DNA of 64,000 nt, from NCBI RefSeq assembly GCF_009914755.1, contig NC_060926.1, one strand, 5' to 3'. Within the stretch, counting starts at the first letter, position 1; each line of letters opens with the position of its first letter. The notes under the pieces are model-generated. The model ran no database searches, was not told where the DNA came from, and saw nothing but the letters and a program-made list of their open reading frames with translations. A program made the position numbers and the translations under genes. This document shows positions 1 to 10,855 of this stretch, in pieces. This DNA comes from the human T2T-CHM13v2.0 reference genome, Homo sapiens.

Positions 1-759
1 GAAATTATTGGACTTAAACTCAACTGTGCAGTTTGGTTTGGGATGTTGTTCACTCTTGTGACCTGCCAGAAGAATCTTGAGTCATGGGTAGTCACTGCCG
101 TTCAGCCTTGTCCTGAGACAATTAATATGTATAGGCTGAAGACCAGCTCAGTGCCATGCAGAGAAACCACTTACCTGAGCCCTTCCTTGATCGGCCAGAT
201 GATTGTGAACATGAGCACCCATGAACATGAAAACATGTTTATTGTTTTCTGTCACTGAGTTGTGTATTTAGCCAGTTACCAATCATTAATGCATAAAAGC
301 TTCCTGATACAGTATTTACACCTCTACCTATATATACACACATGTATTTTTTCTTAAATTGGTGGTATAAATGTGAATATTTAGTAATCAAATTATAAAG
401 TTATTAAAAGAAAATTAATGACAAAATTAAAACTAATATTTCAATAAAAAATTAAAATTTACCTTATTTGTGGAAAAATGTGCATAAATGTATGTAAGAT
501 ATGTACAAGTAAATATATATTTGTTAAAATGGCTACAATATATATAGTATTTATGTTTAATTGTGTTTCTTCTATTATATATGCAATATAAGCCTATTTG
601 TAAAATTATTATCTACATTGAATACATTTAAATAATTTTTGTTACATTCCATAAAAAATTGTATTCTGGACCACAAATAGTTCATACTCTTGCTACAGAA
701 AATTTATTGGTAGCCTTTATTTTTAAAACTCTACCAAATGGTTGTCCTTACACGAAAAT

Positions 760-1900
760 ATTTTTCCAACCCAGTAGAGCTCCAAGGGTAGGACTAGAAG
801 AAATTTTGACTAACGTTGAATATTAACCATTGCATCCTATGAAAATCTCCATTAAGTTCATGCCCACAATGATGATATGCCAAATAGAGTCCTCACAACA
901 ATGGATGCTGGATGGAGTCACATCAGTGCCATTGTCAAGGAAGCCCTGGAAATGTAAAAATCCTAACCGTGGGTAATCTGTAAGGTTACATCTGATGATC
1001 CCATTGCAAAGAGAAGAGGATTTTAATAATATTGGCTGTTGGTTTTGACAGATCATCAGGCCTTAAAAGAAACACAACAGGATGATTGCAGACAAAGCCA
1101 TTCTGGAAGAGCTATGATGAGATGTTTCAAAAATGAGCCACAATCCAAAAAAATGCTTTCCAAGTGAGTATTAATCAAAATGCCATTAATGAGCAGGGGG
1201 CTTTTAATAATGAGGATGATTCAACACATGGACTTCAGTCAGTCAGCTTTCCCAGCTTCCCCAGGGAGTATCATGAACCAATGTTATGGAGGTCCCTGTG
1301 GGGACTCAATAATATGACTTTCAACTAACTGAGACCTACAGGGCTACCGGCTTTTCTGAACATCTAATTTGTCAAGAAGAACCCCTAACATTGTATGATA
1401 CATCAGGGCTCAGACTAACAGCTTGTATTAGGTGATACTAGTGGACCTCAGGTAACATAAGGAAAGCACTGGTTATTTTCCTATATATGAATTTGCCATT
1501 CTTATCGGTTATGTTTCTGCATAAAATATTATTTGAGGATTTTCCAAGTGCTTTCATCAGAATCAGGAAATTCTTCCATAAAATGGCTTTGGATCAAGCA
1601 AGTTATTTACCTCAAAAAAGAAGAGCGAAGTGTAGCTTATGATCTTGTCTTGTGCACAGGTGCAACTTTCCCTATAGACAGGGAAAAACCCATTATTAGT
1701 CAAGCAAAGCTGTCACACAAACCCTTGTGCTGTTGAATTACTATACCATCAGAAGTGGTGGAGGCTCTGAAACATTAACTGTGATGGGTGCTTTTACTCC
1801 CTTAAACAGAATATATATATCTTGAAAATGAGCTGTAGACTTACCATTGTTAACGCCAACTGAACAGCTTGAAATACTCTATTTCTGTTTTCTCAGGGCT
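760..1900 (+). mobile_element. Very decayed ERVL-type pol/integrase remnant (second copy at ~11600-12800)
   Basis: Motifs GAGGATTTTAATAAT, CAGTCAGCTTTCCCAG and GTTATGGAGGTCCCTGTGGGGACTCAATAATATGAC resemble ERVL internal sequence; no ORF. Confidence 0.45.
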
Positions 1901-1924
1901 GTGGTTTTCTGGTTGATGGTTCTT

Positions 1925-2217
1925 TTTTTTTTTTAAGACGGACTCTCACTCTGCTGCCAGGCTGGAGTGCAATGGCGCCATCTCGGCTTCACCGTAACCT
2001 CTGCCTCCCAGGTTTAAGCTATTCTCCTGCCTCAGCCTCCCGAGTAGCTGGGACTACAGGGGGTACACCACCTGTAGCCCAGCTAATTTTTGTATTTTTA
2101 CTACAAACGGGGTTTCAACATGTGGGCCAGGAAGGTCTTGATCTCTTGACCTCGTGATCTGCCTGCCTCTGCCTCCCAAAGTGCTGGGATTACAGGCATG
2201 AGCCACCACGCCTGGCC
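1925..2217 (-). mobile_element. Alu (S-type) with target-site duplication
   Basis: Full reverse Alu with poly-T. TSD TGGTTGATG(G/A)TTCTT at 1910-1924 and 2218-2232. Confidence 0.95.
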
Positions 2218-5200
2218 TGGTTGATGATTCTTAATCCAAAGAGTTGACATGACAATTATCCCAAGAAATTGTAAGAAATGATATAAGCATGTGAACATTT
2301 AGACTTAATACAATACTGGATAAGTTGTCCACACAGGGTGTTAGTTTGTTTGCTGGGGCCATAGGTCTAGTTCATATAAAGCAAGAGCAAATAGAATTGA
2401 TTTTACATATCTTAGAGAGGAAGTACAGAAAATATGCACCCTAGGGGACCTTCTGGAATGTTTCTATTTATTGCCATTTCCACTGGTAAAACTCAGAGAA
2501 GACGTCAACAGTCATCAGGTAGAAGTTCTAGGGATCACAGTCATGTGAAGCATTACTTGCACTTGGATCGCCAGTGAGGCAAAGGGAAGATGAAACGCAT
2601 AGTGGGATATGGAGGTGGAAACATTCCTGGTCAGCTTAAACGTGGAAAAGTGTATTTATTTTTTCTCTTTAGATTTATCACTGAATCAGTTGGATCTGAG
2701 AAAAGCGATTATGACTGGTTAGGTAGAAAGGTGTTTATTATCATGAATTAAATGGATTGAAAACATTTGGAGAAACCAGTGGCAGCTTAGGGATCTCCAA
2801 GTACTCCCTTTGCTATTCCCTCACCCTGCCCACCCCTTGTTTTCCACAGTGAAGGAAGATACTCTCATTTTGATAGAAACATGGCAAGTGAAGATACTGT
2901 GCCCACAAGACTGTGCTGCCTGGCTGTGACCCAGACCAGGAAATTGAGTACATTTGAGTGAGATCAGGCACTTCCCCTCCCTCATCTCAATCCAAAAGCA
3001 CTCTGTAGTAACACATCTGATGGGCATTCTTCACCACCTATGGGACTTAGGAAGCCAAGGACATGAGGAATAGCCTTTCCAGACTCTACCATAGAGAAAT
3101 TATTGCCAGAAACTAGAGAATAAAATAAATACAGAAGAAGCTGGTGACAATAACGAAATGAGCCATTCATATATGTATGTTAAATAATTTAGTCTTTTCA
3201 ATACACCCTTTCTTTAAAAAAATCAAAGTGCTATTTTTAGCCACCTTTATAATATAGACCACATATTAAATAATATGTACACAGATTAATGGCTCATGAG
3301 AGAAGATCATTTTTTCCTGGACGGTGTTGGGCTGAACAGATTGGAGATTCCCCACATTTTGGGGAGCACAATGCTACGTGGGGAGCATGATGTTCTTTGT
3401 AAAGAAAATATTTATTTTAGATTGTAGCCTGTTGTGGTTGATACTAGTAATGCCTGGAAATTCAAGTGTACAAAGATGTGCATTTATGATAGAAAGCCAC
3501 AGGATGGACTTGGGCAGAAATAAACCCTGTAGCCTTGAAAACAGATGAATCTATGTGAGACTGACATGAAGATGTAATCAGCACAGGCAGGTCTGCAGAG
3601 AAAGGGGTCAGTTTTCTAGTAGTCAATAGCAGAGCGGCTGTCCTTCTGGGGGCAGTAGTGAGAAGAGCTGCTCTGTTTTCTGCAGGAGACAGCTTGAATG
3701 TGGAGTCTCAGGCAGCAGGAGCTCCTCCCCAGCCTGCACCAGCAGTGCCATTCTTGGAATTGTTCTAGAGGCTTTGCCAGGAGCATGTTCCTTAAGGCTT
3801 TTCAGAGGAGGACTTGTCTATGCTGAGCTCTGGAAACAAAACGTCCCTCCATTCAGGGCCCAGACCCACTATCCATTTCCTGGGCATCTGCTGCTCTGTG
3901 ATTCCGTAGACCCCCCTCAGGTCACTCATGATCCTCAGCAATGGGCAGTTCACTTCTCTCAGCCCAGGGGGAACATGGAAGAGGGTCCTGAGCTTTATGA
4001 CCCTCAGGCCCTGGAGTGAGGAGGGCCATGAGGTGGTGCACCCAGTGCTCATTTTCAATGTTCATGTTCAATTTATTGAAGTTTAAAACTGTACCATATA
4101 CTAGCAACCAAAGTTGTATCTCTTTATATATAAACATGCATCACATATTTATTCATAAATACGTAGTATATACAAATATATAAATACAACTTATTTCTTA
4201 AATATGTATTCAATATGTAAAGTTCACAATAGAAATTCATATTACAGATACATATAATTTTATGCTTATTTGTGTAGCGTGTGTTTCTTTTCTTACCAAG
4301 CAGAATAGAGTCTGGCTGAGTAAAGACTTTAAGGACATTTGCTGACTGTCTGTTTTTGGCTCCAGCAGGGTCCCAGTCATTTAGCACGAGGGAGGGCAGA
4401 GCTGACAGCAGCCAGCCCAGGATCCCAGCACCAGCCCTAAGGTCTGGGTCTCTGAGACTTTTACTCTTGCCAGGCTGGGGGATATATGCTTAATGCAGCT
4501 CCCCTGAATTTGTGAGCAGTTTCCTTCCCTGAAGCCCCTGCCAGGCAGCCATGTGGCCAGGGCCTGTGGTTCCTCTCAGATTCTCAGCCCTGTGGCTCAG
4601 GAGAGCAGCTGCTTCCTCCACAGCCCAGGGCCAGTGCCTGGCAGCTCTCAGGCACTGCCAGCCTGACCTTAGCCCTGGGCTAAGGACCCTATTCCAAATG
4701 TCTCCTCATTTATTGCAGTATCTGAAAGTCTGTCTTGTTCTTAAACTCAAAGTCCACATTTCCACAATTGCTAAAGCTAGCATTTGCCATCTGAAAATTT
4801 AGAAATGTGAATTCATTGTCACTCTCAGAAACTGCCCTCTTCCAACTCTACCAGACAGAGTTGCCCATATGTTCTCTTCTCTCCACACAACTTTACTTAG
4901 AATTATAGTGAAATGTAACATGTGGTAAAGCTCTTACCTCCTGTACAGAAACCATCCTCTTCTCCTTTGGTACCTAGGGCATGAGCTCTAGCCTGCTGGG
5001 CATGGTGAGGACAGTGAGCCTCTCCCAGCCCGGGACAGGAGCAGGGATTAAGGCACATGTGATTAGCTCCACAGTGCAATGTCAGGGGAGTAAAGGAGGG
5101 ACAGGAACTCTGGGTAGAATTTGATCCTTCATAAGAAGATGGAAGGTGAAGAGCTTTGCTTCACCTTCTAAAATCAATGACTTTATTTTAGATTTGGAAG

Positions 5201-5589
5201 CAGGGACACATGTTTCATTGCTCTGACTCCTTCCACATCTCCTCTTTCTCTTACAATAGCTCTGACTCAGTCTGTCCCTCTCAGATTGTGTCCTGAAAAT
5301 CTAATTTTCCCTCCTAATATGAAAACAAACTAACAAAACCCTCTTCTTCCTATCATGTGCTGTGAGTTCTGACCCCTAAACTCCGTGATACCCAGATCGT
5401 ATAAGAGATAATCATGGGATTTTCCCAAGAGAATTTCTAGCTAAAAAGAATTTTTGTACGAGCTCTTCTCTCAGAAAAAAAATTTTCTCTGTCTCTTGTC
5501 TGACACCAGATAACAAGGTGGAAATATTTCCAAGAACAGAGGACAGCCATGCACTCAGTGAGCTGAAAGACACCTCTTCCCCTTGCATT

Positions 5590-6690
5590 AGTTTCCAACG
5601 CTGCTGTTTAAATTGCCACAGTCTTATTGGCTTCACACAACATAAATGTATTACCCTGTAGTTCTGCAGGTCAGAAGTCTCACTGAGCTAATGCTAAGGT
5701 GTCAGTAGGGCTGTAATCCTTCTGGAGGCTCCAGAGGAGAGAACTGGATTCTCTGCTTCTTATCTTCAATGTGCTCCCATATTTCTGGTTCCATGGCCCC
5801 TTCCTTCCTCAAACAACATCCGTCCCCATTGTCCCAGCTCCTCCCTGACTGCAATCTTCCTCCTCTATTTTAAGGACCTTTGTGATTGTATTGATTTCAT
5901 CTGGATAACCAGGAAGCTTATTCTCAAAGTCCTTAACTTACATCTATCAAGGTCATTTTTTGCTATCTATCATAAGGTAGAATCCTTATGATATGGCTCC
6001 AATGACTGGAGGAACAGCAGGGTTCTTTCTGTCTCACACTGCTTTGGATAAAATGCCACAGAAAGATGTGTAGTGGTTTTAAGGAGAGAAAAGTTTAATA
6101 CGTAAGAAGGAAGGAATAATAAAATGGCTAAACAGCTACCCTGTACAGAGACAGAGGGACAGGGGATTCCAACAAAGAGAAAAGTCCATCTGTGGTGGAA
6201 AAGTGGCTGCTTATATGAGGAGAATGAAGGAGGTGGTGTCTGATTTGCAAAGGGCTCAAGGGATTGGTTTGACCAGGCATGTTATTCACATAGCCTGAGC
6301 AAAAACTGGCCCTCCCACCCTAGCCTTTCAATATGCACATGTAGGGCATCATAATGTTCTACGCACATGGGGATATGTGGGGGCAGCCATGTTGCCAGGC
6401 ACATGTAGGGGCAAGGAAGAAGAAGGTAGGAATAGCCATGTTAGGGTGGACCCAGTTTCTAATGGCCTTCATTTGCATATCAAATCTTGCCAGCCTGGCT
6501 CTAAGAGCCGGAGCTTTCCTATTAGACAAGAAACATGTCTGGAGTTGCTTTAAAAGAAACAAAATCTTACCAAGGATGCCTTTTCCTCTCTATCTGCCTA
6601 AAATAATTTCTTAATAACTCCTATAAAACTTGGGTTCCAGAGACGAGGACCTGGATATCTTTTGGGGTGGGGACATTATTCATTCCACCA
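5590..6690 (-). mobile_element. MaLR (MLT1-like) LTR interrupted by an ERV1-type solo LTR (~5988-6628)
   Basis: MLT1-like text (GTTCTGCAGGTCAGAAGTCT, CCTTCTGGAGGCTCCAGAGGAGAG, CCTTAACTTACATCT) stops at ~5985 and resumes at ~6630. The insert starts TGATATGGCTCC and ends ATAATTTCTTAATAACTCCTATA. Confidence 0.6.
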
Positions 6691-6849
6691 AAAATTAATA
6701 TATTCTCCAAAATTGTCCTTCTTTAAAGTAAAATTTAAAAAATAACAAAGTATTTTTATGAAGCAAGAGAGCGGTACAAAATCTGAGACTTAGAGTCTGA
6801 CTTATAAATCCTCTAACTTGTGAGTTTTAGCTGTTGGGGTATGCTCACT

Positions 6850-7268
6850 CCACTCCTTTATCTCACTCCTTTATCTGCTTAAAAGCAGCTTCTCCAGAAG
6901 GAAACTGATTGTCAAGAAAATTCTTCCTGGGAAATTTTATATCAGGGAAGATTAACACAAAATAGGAATCAAAAATAGAAGAGATTAGAAGTTGATGTTT
7001 TATCCAGACAGGCCTGTTCTTTTGAGGATGCACTTCTATCCTCATCTATTCTCTCCAGGTTGCCTACACTTCCCAATTACCTCTTCGCTAGAAAGGAAGT
7101 ATGAAAAACTGGATCTCATTGAGTTATCTGAGTAATCACACCGCTATGATATCCCACTGCACTTTAAGTGAATTTTGCTTGCCTTTTCTCTTATTAGTCT
7201 TTCTTTTGTCAGTTCATTTTCAGCAAACATTTAGAGGACAAATGGAGCTTTCTTCCTTTCTCCCAATA
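6850..7268 (+). mobile_element. MER4-group (MER34/39-like) LTR fragment
   Basis: 3' end TTTTCTCTTATTAGTCTTTCTTTTGTCAGTTCATTTTCAGCAAACATTTAGAGG is typical of this LTR group. Confidence 0.4.
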
Positions 7269-7314
7269 TAAGCAAGTTCCCTTAAAATTCAGGTGGCTTA
7301 CAAAACAGCAGGAA

Positions 7315-7617
7315 GGTTTGTGCTTGGGCTACAGCACTGTGATTTGTCTCCCCTAGTCAGGCATCAGTAAAATTTTGTGGAGTCCTAGGCTGCAGCCCAC
7401 TGATGCTGATGTAGTTGGATCCACGTCCCCTGCTACTAAGCCAGGCTGGGACATTTTTGGCACAGTAGAGATGTGAGATATAATGAGTGCAAATCCATGT
7501 CCAGGTTCATATGGATCCAGCTGATTTCTCCATGTAAGTTGGCAATTGCTTGATAAGGGATTGTCTCTTTCCTAAAGATGTTAACAGGGAGGCTGGTGTC
7601 TGGGTCAGGATGATGTC
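7315..7617 (-). pseudogene. Highly diverged, inverted V-kappa-like relic with RSS
   Basis: Across frameshifts the minus strand reads DIILTQTPASLLTSLG / TIPYQAIANLHGEISWI / PGHGFALII / VPAWLSSRGRGSNYISISGLQP / DSTKFY*. The region is 276 nt (7617-7342), followed by CACAGTG (7341-7335), an 11-nt spacer and GCACAAACC (7323-7315). Confidence 0.8.
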
Positions 7618-8355
7618 CCTGATAAAACGTAAAAGAAGAAAGTGGCATTGTTGGTGCATGACAGGGACATGCTCCATGCAGTGGTCACCCTCAATAAGAG
7701 AGAAGAACTTTGGAAAGTAATACTCAATGACAGAAAAGAAGGTAGACAATGAAGGTGCCCAAAACAAGAATAAGGTGAAGTGAATTTAGTCTCTGGGTAT
7801 TAAAGAGACCTGTAGCTCTTGATAATGGTGGATGTGTGAGTGCTGCATGCATTGAGGAAACTCGGTATCATCTCTCTGTATCTGTAGTAAATTGCTTGAT
7901 CTTATAGTGATAAGAACAATGGCATAACACCATTACCTAATACTTACAAATATGTATAGCATCATGTCAATAAATTTTATTTTTAATATTTTTAGAAAGG
8001 AACAATGTTAAAGCTCACAGAAATGTTGCAAGTATAGGACAAAGTACCTCCTTCCCTAACCCGAATCATATGAGAGTCTTTTGAAGTCCTGAGAATCATA
8101 CTGTTTAACATTTTACTATGTATTTCCTACAAACAAGATATTCTAAATAATCCCCATACACCAATGAAATACATTACTCCGTCGACTCCTGAGGAATATT
8201 TCAAATTTTCAAAAAAATACATAAAAAATGTTTCTCATAACAAACTACTCTCCAGTAGAAACACATTCACTGCAGACAAATTTGTGCTACCCTGGTCTTT
8301 CCTGGGACACCTGGGGACACTGAGCTGGTGCTGAGTTACTGAGATGAGCCAGCTC

Positions 8356-8438
8356 TGCAGCTGTGCCCAGTCAGCCCCATCCCCTGCTCATTTGCATGTT
8401 CCCAGAGCACAACCTCCTGCACTGAAGCCTTATTAATA
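8356..8438 (+). promoter_or_regulatory. V-kappa promoter: pentadecamer/E-box, octamer, TATA-like box
   Basis: TGCAGCTGTGCCCAG at 8356-8370, ATTTGCAT at 8390-8397, TTATTAATA at 8430-8438, all at the usual distances upstream of the ATG at 8485. Confidence 0.9.
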
Positions 8439-8484
8439 GGCTGGCCACACTTCATGCAGGAGTCAGACCCAGTCAGGACACAGC

Positions 8485-8961
8485 ATGGACATGAGGGTCC
8501 CCGCTCAGCTCCTGGGGCTCCTGCTGCTCTGGCTCCCAGGTAAGGAAGGAGAACACTAGGAATTTACTCAGCCAATGTGCTCAGTACAGCCTGGCCCTTC
8601 AGGGAAATTCTCTTACTACATGATTAATTGTATGGATATTTGTTTTTATGTTTCCAATCTCAGGTGCCAGATGTGCCATCTGGATGACCCAGTCTCCATC
8701 CTTACTCTCTGCATCTACAGGAGACAGAGTCACCATCAGTTGTCGGATGAGTCAGGGCATTAGCAGTTATTTAGCCTGGTATCAGCAAAAACCAGGGAAA
8801 GCCCCTGAGCTCCTGATCTATGCTGCATCCACTTTGCAAAGTGGGGTCCCATCAAGGTTCAGTGGCAGTGGATCTGGGACAGATTTCACTCTCACCATCA
8901 GCTGCCTGCAGTCTGAAGATTTTGCAACTTATTACTGTCAACAGTATTATAGTTTCCCTCC
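8485..8961 (+). CDS. IGKV1D-8: Germline Ig kappa variable segment, subgroup 1. Leader exon 8485-8539, intron 8540-8663 (GT..AG), V exon 8664-8961.
   Basis: Spliced translation [117 protein letters not shown]. Both canonical Cys and the Trp are present. IWMTQ, RMSQ and ISCLQS are hallmarks of IGKV1D-8. Followed by an RSS. Confidence 0.95.
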
Positions 8962-8989
8962 CACAGTGTTACACACCCGAACAAAAACC
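8962..8989 (+). other. 12-bp-spacer recombination signal sequence of IGKV1D-8
   Basis: CACAGTG (8962-8968) + TTACACACCCGA (12 nt) + ACAAAAACC (8981-8989); consensus heptamer and nonamer. Confidence 0.97.
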
Positions 8990-9654
8990 CCCAGGGAAGC
9001 AGATGTGTAAGGCTGGGCTGCCCCAGCTGCTCCTCCTGATTCCTTCATTGCCTGAGAGTGTTCCTCAGATGCAGCCACACTCTGATGGTATTGGTAGAGG
9101 GGGACCTGAAATCACCTCTGCAACCCAATTCCTTTTGCTTTGTAAGCCCCAGCTGCACAGACATAGCAATGCCTCTCCTGATGTAATAAAGGCAGAGATC
9201 TTGACACCTAAGGAGTCTAGTTTAGGGCTTTGGTTGGAATTCAAATAACAGAGAAGAAACCACTATAGATATTCTAAGCAGGAATTGTCTTAATACAGAA
9301 AATTAGAGTCTAAACTACTGAAGTCTAAATAAAATGTAGAGCAGAATCTCTAAATTTAATGTTTTATTTGCAAAGAAATGTTTGCCAAATTGGACACACA
9401 GGAAAACTCAGTGGTCTTCAATATATTGGAAGTACGAAGAGAAGGTTAGTGTTTTATGAAAAAGGGAAAATATTACCTTTTGCATTTTGAGAAAGTTCAC
9501 TGGCACTAGTAAGGGTTGGGAGCTGGCAAGCTCAGACTGGGAAGCAGTGGTGGACAAAGTGAATCCTAGAATTATATCAAGTTATCTCAGAAGTTGCAGT
9601 TAAATGTGAATTCAGGTTACAAGAAGCCAAAGCAGTGAAGGTTGCAGAGAATTT

Positions 9655-10145
9655 TCTTACTAAAATGCCAGGGATTCAGTGTACACCCTGCTGCTCACCA
9701 CACAGAAAGTCAATCTCTAAAACAAGTATTGCCAAGAAACAGGCTTTAATCAGGTACTGCAGCCGTGGAGATGGGACACCATTTGCGAATGTATCTCCCT
9801 GATCAACTACAATTAAGAGTTTATATAACAGGGACGAAATGTGGGAAAACAGGAATTTGGGGGGTGGGTAAGGAAGATAATTTGGTCAACAGGAAGCAAG
9901 AGGTCAGTTATGCAATCATAATGGGTGAAGGTTCTGATGTCTCAGTGTCCGGATTCAGTGATATGTATGTTTCAGCTCCTTGATAGTATCTGGGAGCCCT
10001 GATGGTTGGTTTACTGAAAAAAGAACTCAGATAAGACAAATGTAACTATCTTGAGTTTTAAGACTGGGGGAGTCAATTTCTGTTTATTCAAAAAACCATA
10101 AACCTTAGTTCCATGGGATAACAGGGCCTATTTCAATTGCATTCT
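9655..10145. mobile_element. Probable ERV1/MER4-group LTR
   Basis: TTACTAAAATGCCAGGGATTCAG...CCTGCTGCTCACC...AGTATTGCCAAG...GGCTTTAATCAGG resembles an LTR terminus. Confidence 0.4.
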
Positions 10146-10855
10146 AGAAACAATATTTTACACCCTGAGTGCCTTTCCCCACTGGGTTTCTTGGCTCTTT
10201 TGGGTATAACAAGAATGAACCAATGCCTATGATTAACGTTCAGACCACAACCTTTCAAAGCCAAGGATATAGTAGTCAGGAAAGTTGATATTAGAAGCAG
10301 GATTGAATGGCGCTCACTCAGAAAACAGAAAGCATCTGCCCTTGAAGTATGGGCTATCTAACCATGTGGTCCTCAGTCCTGTCTGGAAGTTTAGGGGTGG
10401 GAGTGTTGATGTTCTCAGCTTCCTGCAGCATCCTTCTAGGTGTTTCTCCAGCCCTCACCTCTGTTCCTGTGTCTGCCTTAGGTACCAATGGAGAATATTG
10501 AGTCATCCTTTTCTGATTTCCAAATCTCATGGGAGGACCTCTTGTTGGGCAACTTTATAGGACACAAGAGAGGCAAAAAGGGATATTTACATAAGTTAAA
10601 ATGATTTTCCCCCACTGAGGCCATTAAAATATATATATATATTTAAAGCCACATGTTGAAAACACATCCAGCTTTATTTTCTTACTAATGCAAATTTACA
10701 TTTGCAAATCTTTTCAGAATTGTAAAGGTTGAAAGCATAATTATTTGTCCATGGAATGATCAAACACCTCTACAATTAAATGGAGTAAACATTTTCTTCA
10801 AAATTTGTACTCATTGAAATAAAGGAATATATTTAAAATATGTGAAGCTATGTTA

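Larger units (their letters stand above)
1..3804 (+). repeat. Copy A of a tandemly duplicated IGK intergenic block (continues beyond the window start)
   Basis: Collinear with 10856-14348 from GAAATTATTGGACTTAAA to CTTAAGGCTTTTCA; roughly 85-90% identical by eye. Confidence 0.93.

Noticed and set aside
1972-2298. Alu-derived ORFs here and at 17761, 19080, 19795, 21746, 28238, 55393 and 62916
   Set aside because: Typical Alu translations (e.g. [14 protein letters not shown]); not genes.
4340-5060. GC-richer patches with leader/promoter-like text on the minus strand (e.g. CTCACCATG...GAG|GTAAG at ~5010-4933)
   Set aside because: No hydrophobic open leader, octamer or linked V exon could be established.
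5070-5097. CACAGTG heptamer
   Set aside because: The nonamer position after 12 nt (AGTAAAGGA) is a poor match and no V-like sequence precedes it.
8648-9010. ORF-track starts and ends for the V genes (8648..9010 and 22669..23058)
   Set aside because: Real starts are in the upstream leader exons and coding ends at the RSS; the extensions are intron or RSS read-through.
10470-10500. TTAG|GTACCAATGGAGAA resembling a V-kappa leader part 2
   Set aside because: No framework similarity or RSS follows.
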